A model generated the notes under the pieces. It saw only the letters and a list, made by a program, of their open reading frames with translations, was not told the DNA's origin and did not search any database. A DNA stretch of 64,000 nt from the human T2T-CHM13v2.0 reference genome, Homo sapiens. Position numbers and translations under genes: made by a program. The stretch lies in assembly GCF_009914755.1 (NCBI RefSeq), contig NC_060926.1, one strand, 5' to 3'. Positions 33,572 to 53,845 of this stretch are shown here, piece after piece. Each line of letters starts with the position of its first letter. The stretch's first letter is position 1.

Positions 33572-35266
33572 TTAACATATTTTCAACAGAATACTCATAT
33601 CAAGAATACAGAACTCTTGCAAATTAATAACTCATCATAATTTTTAAATGAGCAAAGTACTTAAATAGGCACTTCACAAAATAAGATATTAAAAGTGCCA
33701 ATAACAGTATGAAAGGATGATTAATATCATATTCATCAGAGAAATAAAAACCATACTGAAATACCATGGAAAGCACTCACAATATCAAATGTTGGAAAAT
33801 GATATGGAGCAACAGGGACTCATACACTGCTAGATAGAGTGTACATTGGTACAACCAGATTGGAAAATTCTTTAGCAGAATCTACTAAAGCTAAACATAT
33901 TAAACCTTATGATAGAACAATTCTATTCCTTACATATATTCAAAATAAATAAGTGGTTATGTCCACTGAAAGTCATGTACAATAATATTCAAGGCAGTTT
34001 TATTCATAATAGCAAAAACTGGAAACAAATGTTCATCAGCCACAAAATGAATGCATAAATTGTGGGATATTTATACAATATAATATACAACAATATTAGT
34101 TTTTAAAGAAAGAACTATGGATACATGCAGCATTATGGCTGAATCTCATAGGAACCACCACGCTTTGCTTGGACTCAAGCTTTTTGCACTGCAGTCAGGA
34201 AACTGTCCTATGCAGACAGCTGAGTAATCATGGAGCCTACCCTGTTAGTTTCCTTTCTCTCAAAGATCTCAATCTTGTACTTATCTTGTACTTCCTGTTA
34301 TTCATTGCCTGAAAACAGCTATCTCATGTATTTTTGTCTGGTTTTACAGTTATTTGTAGCAAGAGGACTAGTCCAGTGCCAATTACTCCATCACAGCCAG
34401 AAGTAGAAATCCTGAGTCATTTTAAGAGGTAGCACTGCACTTGGGAAAACTGGATGTTGGGGTTGAGAGCAGAATGAAGATTAGATGACTACAGGGGCCT
34501 TTACTCAGACTGGCATTATGGCATACAATATATAGGTGGAAAGATGACTAGCAAATTTTGGATATGGTGTGATTAAGATGCTGTCATAGTTAAAGGCTAA
34601 GCTGCTATAACAGATACCTCAAAATGCAATGACTTAAATAAAATAGAAGTTTATTTCTGTTTTGTGGAATAATCCAGTAATTTCCATAGTAGGGCAGCTC
34701 TGCTCTGTGAAGTCATGCAGAAACATTGGCTGGCTAAGCAACTGTGTCTGCCAGTCATACCTAACTTTCAAGGTTGCATCCATTATTAACATATCTAGCA
34801 GGTTAGAAGTAGGAAGAGAAAGAAATAACACACATACCCAATGTTTTAAGTCAAAACCCAAAACCGGCAGGCATTATTTTTGCTTACATTCTATTGGCAA
34901 GAATTAGTCACATTGCCCACACCTAGCTACAATGTGGGTTGAGAAATATAGTTAACAACTGGGTATTTGTTCAGCTAAATTTCTAGTATACTGATCAAAA
35001 TCAAGGCAAGGATGTCCCTTCTTATCCTTCCTTTCAACATTATACTGAAAGTCCCAGTGAATGCAATAAGACAAGAAAGTAAGAGGTATACTGATTGGGA
35101 AGGAAGAAATAAATCTTTGTTCAAACATGACATGATCATCTATGTAGAAAATCCAAAAGAACTGACAAAAAAAAAGAGAAAATAAAAAACCTTCTGGAGC
35201 TAATAAGCAATTATAACAAGGTTGCAGGATACAAGGTTTATATATGAAAATCAATTGCATTCCTAT

Positions 35267-35453
35267 ACAAATGGTCCCCAACTTACAATGGTTCAACTTA
35301 CAATGGGGCAAAAGTGATTGGCAACCATGAAGTTTCAGATTTTAACCACTGGTGATTCTTTGTCCAGAGACTCTCTGGGCTGCATTTCAGGCTTACAACA
35401 TTTTCAACATGGGTCTATTGGTACATAACTCCACCGTAAGTCAAGGAGCATCT
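35267..35453 (-). mobile_element. MER47/Tigger5-type MITE
   Basis: ATGGTCCCCAACTTACAATGGTTCAACTTAC...CGTAAGTCAAGGAGCATCT. Confidence 0.7.
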
Positions 35454-35964
35454 ACATACAGCAATGAACAAGTGGAATTTGAAATTTAAAACACAATAAC
35501 ATTGACATCAGCAACCCCTCCCCAGGAAGTACTTAGATGTAAATCTAACAAAGTAAGTACAAGATCTATATGAAGAAAATTACAAAACTCTGATGGAAAA
35601 AATCAAAGAAGAACTAAATAAATTGAAAGATCTTCTATAGGATAGGAAGACTCAATATTGTCAAGATGTCAGTTTTTCCCAACTTGATCAATAGTCAATG
35701 AAATTTCAATCAAAATCCCAGCAAGTTATTTTGTGAATATCAACAAACAAATTCTAAAATTTATGCAGGGGACAATAGGCAGAATAGCCAACACAATATT
35801 GAAAGAGAACAAAGTTGGAGGACTAAGATTATACAACTTCAAGACTTATTTTTAAGCTACAATAATAATATCACGATTAAAACAGTGTGATAATGTCAAA
35901 AGAATAAACAAATAGACCAATGGAACAGAATAGACAGCCCAGAAATAATCCCACATAAATAAAA

Positions 35965-36345
35965 TAGTCTATTGGTATCCACAGGGGATTGGTTCCTGGA
36001 CCTCCTGCAGATATCAAAACCCACGGATGCTCAAGTCTCTGATTTAAAATGGCATAGTATTTGCATATTACTTATGCACATCCTCCTGGGTACTTAAAAT
36101 CATCTCTAGATTACTTATAATACTCAATACAACATAAATGCTATGTATTAGGTTGGTGCAAAAGTAATTGCAGTTTTTGCCATTACTTTCAAAGGTAAAA
36201 ACCACAATTACTTTTGCACCAACCTAATAAATAAGTTGTTACACTGCATTGTTTAGGGAACATGTTCAGTATATTTCTAATATTTTTGATCGATGTTTAG
36301 TTGAATCCATGGATGTGGAACCCACGAATATGAAGGGCTGAATGT
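35965..36345 (+). mobile_element. MER2 containing a MADE1 insertion
   Basis: GGGGATTGGTTCCTGGACC..GGATGCTCAAGTC..GTTGAATCCATGGATGTGGAACCC. Confidence 0.82.
36148..36227. mobile_element. Full-length 80-bp MADE1 (Hsmar1 MITE)
   Basis: TTAGGTTGGTGCAAAAGTAATTG...CAATTACTTTTGCACCAACCTAA with TA duplication on both sides. Confidence 0.95.
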
Positions 36346-36802
36346 ACAGTCAACTGATCTTTGACAAAGGAGCAAAGGCACCACAAGGGAGGAAAAGATA
36401 GTCTTTTCAACAAATGGTGCTGGGACAACTGGACATCCACATTGAAAAAAAAAAAAGGAATCTGGACACAGACTACACCCTACACAAAAATTAACTCAAA
36501 TCGGATCATTGACCTAAATGTAAAATGCAAAACTATAAAACTACTGGAAGATAACATAGGAGAAAATCTAGATGACCTTGGGTTTGGTGATGATATAACT
36601 TGGTGATGATATAACACCAAAGTCACAATGCATGAAAAAAATTGATAAGCTGAATTTCATTAAAAGAAAAAACTTCTGCTTTGTAAAAGACAATATCAAC
36701 AGAGTAAAAAGACAAGCCATAGAAAATGGGAGAAAATATTTGCAATAAACTCATTTGATAAAGGACTATTATCCAAAATACACAAAGAACTCTTTCAACT
36801 CA

Positions 36803-36932
36803 CCTGGGGATGGTAGCATGAGGCTATAATTCCAGGTATTTGGGAGGCTGAGGCAGAAAAGTCTGTTAAGCCCAGGAGTTTGAGACTAGCTTGGGCAACA
36901 TGGAGAGATACTATCTCAAAAAAAAAAAAAAA
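36803..36932 (+). mobile_element. FLAM / Alu monomer
   Basis: Diverged single monomer with A tail. Confidence 0.75.
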
Positions 36933-37470
36933 TTGAGCTTTTGAAGCTCAGCAATAGGAAAACAAACAACTCCATTAAGAAATAGTTCAAAGACTTTGAC
37001 ACCTCATTAAAGAAGATATATAGATGGCAAATGAGCATGTGAAAAGATGCTCCACGTTATAAGTCATCAGGGAAATGCAAGTTAAAACAATAATGAGATA
37101 CCACTGCACACCTACTAGAATGACCAAAATCTGGAACAACTGATAACAGGCAACACTGGTGAGAATGTGGACCAACAAGAACTCTCATGGGAAGCCAAGA
37201 TGGAAGCCACTTTGGAAGACAGTTTGTCAGTTTCTTACAAAACTAAACACTCTTAACATGAGATCCAGCATTAGTATTTATTTAAAGGAGGTGAAAACAA
37301 AAATGTACACATGTATGTTTATAGCTGTTTTATTCATAATTGCCAAAACTTGGAAGCAACCAAGATGTCTTTCAGTAGGTGAATGGATAAACTGGTACAT
37401 CCAGACAATGAACTGTTTATTCAGTGCTAAAAAGAAATGATCTATGAAGCCATGAAAAGACATGGAAGAT

Positions 37471-37784
<314 letters not shown>

Positions 37785-39212
37785 TTAAATGCATATTAGC
37801 AAGTTAAAGAAGCCAGTCTGAAAAGGCTACATACTGTATAATTCTAACCACAGGACATTCTGGGAAAGGCAAAACTATGGAGATGGTAAAAAGACCAGTG
37901 GTTGCCAGGGGTTGGATGGAGGGAGGGTTGAATAGGTGTAGCACAGAGGATTTTTAGGGTAGTAAAACGACTCTGTATGATACTACAATGATGGATACAT
38001 GCCATTATATATTTGTCCAAATTCACAGAATGTATAACACCAAGAGTGAACCCTAACGTAAACTCTGGACTTCGGGTGAGTATAACATGTCAATATAGGT
38101 TCATCAATTGTAACAAACGTACCACTCTGTGGGGGATGTTGATACCGGGGAGGCTACACATGTGTGGTGGCATGGCGTATAAGGGAAACCTCTGTACCTT
38201 CTCTCTTTTGCTGTGAACCTAAGAGCTCTAAAAAAAGTTCTAATTTTAAAAAACTTTGAAATCTAGTATAATGGAAGAATGGATTAGAGCTGGGGGAGGC
38301 AATCAGCAGTCTGCCTTGGATGCCTGTGGGTCATCCAAGTGAGATGTCCAGCAGATAGTCTATTTGCAGATCTGGTATTGAATAGAGTGTTCTGGACTAC
38401 AGATGTAGATTCAGTATGTGGGAGTCAAAGACATGAGTATTGATGAAATCACCCAAATTGATTAAAAACTGGAACAGAACTCTAGGAAAACAATAACTCT
38501 GAAGAAGCAAGGGAGGAAGAAAATTCCAGGAAGGAAATTATGAAGGGAAGATCAGAGAAGTAGGTGAAAATCAGGTAGAGTAGTACCACAGAAGTTCAAG
38601 GGAAAGGAATTGCAAGGAGGAAATGCTTAACAGAGTCACCATAGGCAGAGAGCTAAAGTAATATAAGTAAGAAAATGCATTCACTGGATTTAACTATTAA
38701 TTCAATTAGATATAATCCAATTAATATAGGAAGAATAAATAAATGACTGTTAAATTAAGTATTAAAGGCCTAACAGTTAAATAATGGAAACAAAAGGGCA
38801 GATTAGGGCAATGGAAGAGGGTGATTTTTAGTGAGGATATAGCTGAAACAAGGTTGGCTATGAGTCGATAATTGTTGAAGTTGAGTAGATGGGAATTAAT
38901 CATATTAATCTCTCTACTTTTGTATATAATTGAAATTTCCTAAGAAAAAAAAAAGATTTAAAAAACCTTCTTCCTCCTAAAAAAGGAAAGCCACAGATTG
39001 GGAGAAAACATTTGCAATACATATATTTGACAAAGCACTCATATCTAAAATATGTACATAACTCTTATAATTCAATAAGAAAAAGATAGACAGAAACCCA
39101 ATAGAAAAATGGGCAAAAGATTTTAACAAGCACTTCCCAAAAGAGGTTTTTCAAATTACTAATAAACATGACAACGGTTTTAGCCTCATTAGTCATTGGA
39201 GAAGTGCAAATT

Positions 39213-41340
<2,128 letters not shown>

Positions 41341-43865
41341 GAGAAATGCAAATTAAAACCACAAAGAGATATACCTCTATACAGTCACCAGAAATGCTAA
41401 TATGAAAAAATATATGTAACATCAAATGTTAGTAAGAATATGAAACACTGGAACTCTCTTATACCACTGAAGAAAATGTAAATTGGTACAACTACTTTAG
41501 AACACTATTCGTGTTTACCAGAAATGAACATAGCACACTCAATAACGCAACACCCTCAAGAGAAATGTGAATATATATGAACCAAAATTATATACAAGAA
41601 TATTCATAGAAGTAGTCTTTTTTGTCTTACTGTTTTTATTTTTTTATATTTATTTATAGTAGTACTATTTGTAATTGCCAAAAACTGAAAATAAGCTAGA
41701 TTGCTCACCACAATATAATGAATAACTATAAATTGTGGTGTGTTCATACAATTCTACACAGTACTGAAGATGAACAAGCTACTACTACATATGACAGAGA
41801 TGAACCTCACAATTGTAAATAAAAGAAACTGTAGGCAAATGACTATATCCTACATGATTTAAATTGTATAACACTTAAAAAGAGGCAAAACGAATCTATG
41901 AATGTAGAAGTTATCATAGAGATTACATTTGGGGAGAAATGTGAAGGTAGAACCTCCCTCTGGTTCCTTCTGAATGTGACAATTGTTCTGTTTCTTTATC
42001 TGGGTGATGGGTTACATGAGGGTGTTGACTTTGTGACAAATTAATATTCTTCATATTTGAAACTTGTATACTTTTACGAAGACATATTTCCCTTCAATGA
42101 AAGCTTTAACTAAAGGAATAAAATAATGTATTTTCCCTAGATGGCTGGAAATGGTCAAACAAGAGTTGGTGAGGATGCTGCACATTTGTTCCATCCCTTT
42201 CCTGTCCCAGCCCTCTCCTTTTTAGCTAATGAATACATGCTACGAGGCATCAAAAGCTCTTTCCACTTCCTACATGTGGTTTGCCCTATAGGAATATTAT
42301 TTCAGAAAACACTACTACTCCATTCAGACTGTGGAATAACTCTCAGATAACATGTAGCTTATAGTTAACACCACATGTTCCTTGACTAAAAAATCCAAGC
42401 TGCTTGAACAAAATCTAGGACTCTGAAGACATGTTTTTCCAGAATAGGTTAATCAGATACATTCCTGCTTAGGTTAAAGGAATACAACTGAATGAGTTAC
42501 TGCAGGCTTTTCTCATCCTTAGAAATCTTTGAAATTGTAAAGGGTCTTTAATTTCTGCATAGCCCAATCTAGTGCATAGTATGCAACAAACTCTCTTTTG
42601 CTTTGGTAGTGTTACCTCTCATCCTTTTCATGCTTTGGTAGTATTACTTCTCATCCTTCCCATAGCCACAGAAATATAGCAAAGTCTGTGTAAATCTGCC
42701 CTTGTTCAGTAACAGCAGAGAGTATGCTTGGCTGAAGCAGAAGAAAGCTGCTCTCTTGCCTCCTGTTCCCTTTTTTGGAGATGTTCAGGGTAGTAAAATG
42801 AGTTCAGTGCTGAACTCATGAGGATGATCTTTACTACCTTACATTCACAGGTTTCTCTCTAAATAAAAATCCTGGTTAACTATGAGCCATTTTGATGAAT
42901 AATGGAAATATATTTCAGAGCAAGTAGGTTCTATTAGAACTAGCTTTTTAAAAAAGATAAACTCCTGACTCATCCTGCCTCCCAAAGATGATGACTGGGA
43001 AGTGTCCAACAAAGTGTCCAGATCTGGGCTTTCAGCACTTGCTCTTGCTGCGTTGCCAGCTCACTGCTCGCTTTTCTGTGGATCCTGGCAGGTGGAATGT
43101 TTATAGATTTTTGCAAATGTAGCATGCCTTTTGTCAGATGATAAGTGTGCCAATTTGTAACCGGGACATAAAAGATCTAAATTCATAGAGAAAATTGTAC
43201 TAAATGACCTTCACATTTGCTTCTGACACTCAGATTCTATTATTTTAAACAGAAAAACTGTAAGAATCACATTCTTTTTTTTCCTCACTAAACAAACCTA
43301 GGTGCTTTTAAAGCAAAGCAATATACGTCAAGATTGGTCACCAAGTCCACCACATTCAAAACTAATAAGTAATTTTAACAAGATGGTTTTAAAATTCCAA
43401 GACATTGCCATGTTTGACATTTTGAGAGGTATCTCTTACCTAAGCCTCTGGCAACAAAGCTAGGAGTCAGCTTGAGGAATTCTGTTCCAGAAACCTACTG
43501 TTTTAGCCACTTGGCTCAGAAATTAAGTGAAAATAAATGAAGAGCACTTAAACCATAAAAATAAAAGCTACCCTGAAAATATCAAGAAGTTCTAATTTTC
43601 CTTTTGCTGTGCCTGAAACCCTACTACTTCATCTTTGTGAAAGGACCTCACAAAACCAAGTTACGCATGTGGAAACGTGGCCCAAGACTCTGTTTTGTCA
43701 ATAAATAGACAGCATTCTCAAAGCAACTTCCCCAATGAAAAGAGCTCACATAATTTTAGAACAGTAGTGACACTAAATACACACTGCATGTGAACATCAT
43801 TTTTATATTATACAACTGATGGCATGGTTTAAGGCAAAATTGGTGAGACTGTTAGGCCATTAACC

Positions 43866-44050
43866 TTTTTTTTTTTTTTCTTCCCATGTTCAAGCAATTC
43901 TCCTGCCTTAGCCCCACAAGTATCTGGGACTACAGGCATGCGTGCCACCATGCCTGGCTAATTTTTGTATTTTTTAGAGATTGAGTTTCACCATGTTGCC
44001 CAGGCTGGCATTGAACTCCTGAGCGCAAGCGATCTCCCCACCCCAGCCTC
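43866..44050 (-). mobile_element. Internally deleted, 5'-truncated Alu
   Basis: TSD CCATTAACCTTTT. Confidence 0.85.
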
Positions 44051-44727
44051 CATTAACCTTTTATAAGGGAATCTAGGAACAAGATTTCTGTCCTTCTCAC
44101 TCCACCCCCCAAAATGAGTTTTCCTAGAAACAGAAACTTTTCACTTTGCCAAAACATTTCAAAGTTAATTGTTTCGAATTTTATAAAATGAATCTTCCTG
44201 ACTTCTTGTGCAGATGATACTGGTAAAATATTTTTCTTGGTGACACAGAATCATTGTCGGCAAGATAGTGACATTCTTTCAAGACATTATTTGTTACTGC
44301 ACTACCTGGCCACAAACTACTGTCTTTTGTTTTGTTTCTTCATAACTTCCATCCTTTACACCAAAGTTTGTAACTATGACCTCTTTGGCCTGCCTCTGGC
44401 ACGCCCCTCCCTTACTCCATAGCTTCTATAGGTGTGACTCCTGAAGACTGGGAAGCCAGATCAACAAGCTCATTGAAATCTATGCAAAGTAAAAATAAAT
44501 TCTCTCTGGCTCCTCATTCATTCAGTAGATGCTTATGAATAAGAAAACGTCTGCATGCCTTTGACATCTCTTTAGGTGCTTCTCTATTTTCAAGCTTACT
44601 TTTGTTCTTCATTATTAGATAAATAGGCTATAAATTTAGTTAAGTATCCTCTATGTCAACACAAAGAGTGTATTTTAAAAGAGACTGTAAATAAGAGTAT
44701 TCAAAAACCATTTAACGTCTAATGTAA

Positions 44728-47550
<2,823 letters not shown>

Positions 47551-48304
47551 TTAAAGGCAGATCATACACACTTCTGCTCTCATCACCCGACTTAAACTTT
47601 CCTGGGACCCTGAAGATATGCAAATTTGAAAGCTGCATCCTAGTCACATCTGTAACTATCTGCGTTGTCCTGAGTTCTTGATCGTCTGGTAAGTGGGAAT
47701 TCTTCTACTCGACCTGTTGCACAGGGATTTTATGAAGTGAAATAATCTAGTATATATAAAACAATAAAATATTTTGATGAGATTTTACATCATTACAAAA
47801 AGTGTAATGATTTTACATCATTACATTTATTAAAAAATTAAATGAAAAGATTGCCTAAATTGATCATGTCAATATATTTAATTGACAACAAAGAACAAGA
47901 ATGATTAAAACACAGATGATTAAAACATATTTTAACAATTAAATTTCAATTTATTCTTCTTTGAGTTTTTAATCAGATCCAACAGCAAAAAGGACCTAAC
48001 ACAAGATCCAGATCTTTCTCTACGTCACGTCCCTTTGGTAGAATTTTAAGGAATAATAAAATGGCCAAGGAGAAAAACGTGGGAGAGCAAGGAGAAAGAT
48101 CACATAAATAATCTCCCAGGCTCTCAAACAATGTAAGGAATAGACGAAAAGAAGTATGTAACTATGGGGAACAATTAAGATTTTTGTCTTGGAGCAGGCC
48201 ATAAATATTAATATTTTTGTCACTTCTAATGGGCACTAAAAATATAATCTGTTTTCTTCAATCTTTTCCACCTATTCTAAATGGATAGTAAAAAGTTTGG
48301 CAAA

Positions 48305-48590
48305 AGCTGGCACGGTGGCTCATGCCTGTAATCCCACCACTTTGGGAGGCTGAAGTGGGTTGATTACTTGAGGTCAGGAGTTCAAGACCAGCTTGGCCAA
48401 CATGGTGAAACCCCGACTCTACTAAAAATACAAAAATTAGCCAGGTGCAGTGGTGTGCGCCTGTAATCCCAGCTACTCAGGAGGCTGAGGCAGAAGAATC
48501 ACTTGAAACCAGGAGGAGGAGGTTGCAGTGAGCCAAGATCGTGCCACTGCACTCCAGCCTGGGCAACAGAATGAGACTCCATCTCAAAAA

Positions 48591-48637
<47 letters not shown>

Positions 48638-48640
48638 AAG
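48305..48640 (+). mobile_element. AluS with (TAAA)n tail
   Basis: Alu consensus. Confidence 0.92.
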
Positions 48641-50682
48641 TTTGGTAAAGGGAAAAAATAAAATAGATTCTTAAAGTTCAAGCCAACAATTATTGACCGA
48701 ATATCTACTCTGGTTCTAATATGTTAAGGATATAAGAGTAGATTATAGTGTTACTCCTGCCCTCAGAGAGCTTATCATCCTTAAAGAAAGAAAAGGCTAC
48801 ACAAGGAATTATTAGAGAAGACAGTAGAAAAACTCTTGATCAGAAGAAATTATCTGTCCTACCTACTATTACAGTTAACCATAGAGTTCAGTAACTACAT
48901 AGCCCACGTACTTGAAATCCGTAGCTCATTACATGAGATAGGTTGTTCTAAGAATTCAAACGTTTATTTTAAACACAGCTAAAGTTTACAGTCTATCAAC
49001 CTTAAATATTTCCTTCAATGCTCCACCTCCAGGAAAATCTGACAAAAGCATTATTACTTGTTGTGCTTGACAATTAAGTGATGAGTCAAGCTTGCCTGGA
49101 GACATGTAACTTTGGCAATTATTTTCCCACTGATCTCATTGTAATATTTTTATTGCATATCTAACGTTGAAAATGTATTATGTCTATTTTGTGCCGTCAC
49201 TGTGGATACTTGGACAAACAAAACAGTTCCTACCATAAAGGAGCTCACCAAAGACACAGAGTTTTAATTCAATGCAGCTAAGTGTGACAGGCATGTACAT
49301 GGTATATCAGTGGGATATGGAGGAAAGGCACACATTGGATGATGATAAGTTTGATCACTTGGGTGACATTCACCTGAGTGTCCATTGCATATTTTTGTCT
49401 CTTTATAAGCCTGGTGAGGAAGGAGAAGATAGGTAGGAAGGGACAGAATTTCTGGAGAATGTGGGATTTTGCCAGGCAAAGCAGAGAGGAAGGAGTGAGA
49501 ATATCAGGTAGAGGGAATAGCAAAGCACCAAGCTGGGAAAAATTAGAGCATGAGCCTGGGCCACAAGCAGAATAGAGTGTCATGATGAGTGTAAGAGGTA
49601 GGCCAGGAGCAGATTATGAACCTTGAAAGCCAGTGTTAGAGATTGGTTTATCTTCCAAGTTAGTAGTCTCCAACATATGGTGTGCCCTGGAATACTGGGG
49701 AAATTTTAATTCTCTTAAAAAATTTCTATGCTTTTGTGTATATTTCATATGCATGCACGTGTATATATGTATATAAATATACACACATACATATATATAC
49801 ACGTGTATATATATAATTTTTCATTCACTGAAATCAGGACCTTAATTAAGAGGATGACTGGGGGTGGGATAAATGAATAAAAAAGCTCTCTTAGGGTCAT
49901 TAAGTACTTAAAAACATGAGGAGAAGCTGTCCAGCAGACAGCTATAAATGAAAGTGAAGATCTAGGAGGGGTCTTTGCTTAGATATGTAGATTTAGGAGA
50001 CATCCAATGAAGAGAGAAAAAAAATCAATGAACCAATGGCAGAATCTTGGGAAACACTAACATTTACAATAATATGGGCACTTAAAAATTTTTTAAAATT
50101 TGTTTTTATGCTCATATTTGAGAACTGTGAATGATTACTTTTTTCAAAAGTAAAATTAGAGCACAAGAAGCAGTGCTTGCACTTTTATTTAAAAACTCCC
50201 AAATATTAATACAAAGTAACTGCTAGGCCTTATTATTCCTTAGCATATGAAAGTGAGACACAATGCATCATGAAGGGGAAAAAATGTCAGCAGCAATTCA
50301 GAATGAAAAAAATTTCTTGCCATTTTGGGGGGCATCCAATTAAGGATTTTACAAGTCTACCATGAAACGGGCACTTTGAAGAAATGGCTGATTACAGGGC
50401 TGGCTCAGGGAAAATACAAAGTGAACTTAGGATACCTTTGTGTCAAAAGGCAAGGAAGTGCTTCGAGATTAAAGGGACTGTCAATAGGACATAAGAGCCG
50501 GCTTAGAGAGGCTCCCTCTAGCCTAATCTGGGATGATTTGAAAATCAAGAAGAATCATAAATTCTAACACATAGGGTATTTTAAAAAATCTGTGAATCAA
50601 AAGTGTGAAAAATGGAAAGTTCTTGTTCACAAAAAAGTCAATAAATGTAGAATGAATGATGGTATTAGAAAACCCCCATCTT

Positions 50683-52965
<2,283 letters not shown>

Positions 52966-53392
52966 AAATATACACATAAGAGATAGGAGATAAAACATAT
53001 AACAAAATGTGAACACTTGGTGAATTAGATAAAAAGAAATGGATGTTCACTGTACTATGTTTACAGCTTTCTGTAGCTTTAAAAAATTTCAAAAGTCAGA
53101 AAAAACATAATTTATGTGTGGCTAATATGCTATAGTTGATTTTATTTAGATGAATGTGCTAAGTACTGATAAATTATTTAGTACTTTTTCAAAAGCCCAC
53201 CATGAAACTCTTTCCCATCACAGCTAACCAAGCTAAAAGGTGAACTGTCACATCTAGCAAGTGCCAGCAACATTTTGTCTTCCTCCCCAACGTGAGTCAA
53301 GAATCATGTTTGATCTATCTGTGAAATTAACAAACCAGCAAAACACCTATATCATTCAGCCACCTTATCAAAAAAATTTAACATTGGAAAAT

Positions 53393-53845
53393 CTGTAATC
53401 TTCTGGTTTTAAAATAATTTATTTCATAGGTCTGTTTTAATTTCATGTCTCACAGCATACATTATTTAACCAAGAGGTGCTGGACAGAGATTGTAAAAAG
53501 GGAGGAAACATTTAGGATAAGAAACCGGCTCAATTCCATTAGAATTTGATCCTATCTTGTAAAGTCTTGCTAGGATAAATTTCTATAATACTTCTTTTGT
53601 GCTTACAAAAAAACATTAACTTCTGAATTTCCAATGTTGTAAATAAAAAAATTTTACAATTAGGTATGCATTCAATTAACACACAAGGCAACCAAATAAA
53701 TTCTGTCATCAACATTAGCATAATGTGTATTTCCCGTCACTGCACTAACATTAAACTAAACTTCAAACCACAAAAACATTGTGACTAACATTAAAAAGGC
53801 AAGCTGTAAGATACTCAAAGCTTATAAAGGACAAATTGCACATGG
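53393..53845 (-). other. RNF103: RNF103 3' UTR (3' end approximate)
   Basis: AU-rich, repeat-free sequence between the stop codon and the poly(A) signals. Confidence 0.75.
53418..53441 (-). terminator. RNF103: RNF103 poly(A) signals: ATTAAA (53441-53436) and AATAAA (53423-53418)
   Basis: Canonical hexamers ~410-430 nt after the stop, with U-rich sequence downstream on the minus strand. Confidence 0.75.

Noticed and set aside
53835-53841. miR-25/32/92 seed match (GTGCAAT) in the RNF103 3'UTR
   Set aside because: Lies within ~11 nt of the stop codon, where sites are usually ineffective; a single 7-mer is weak evidence.
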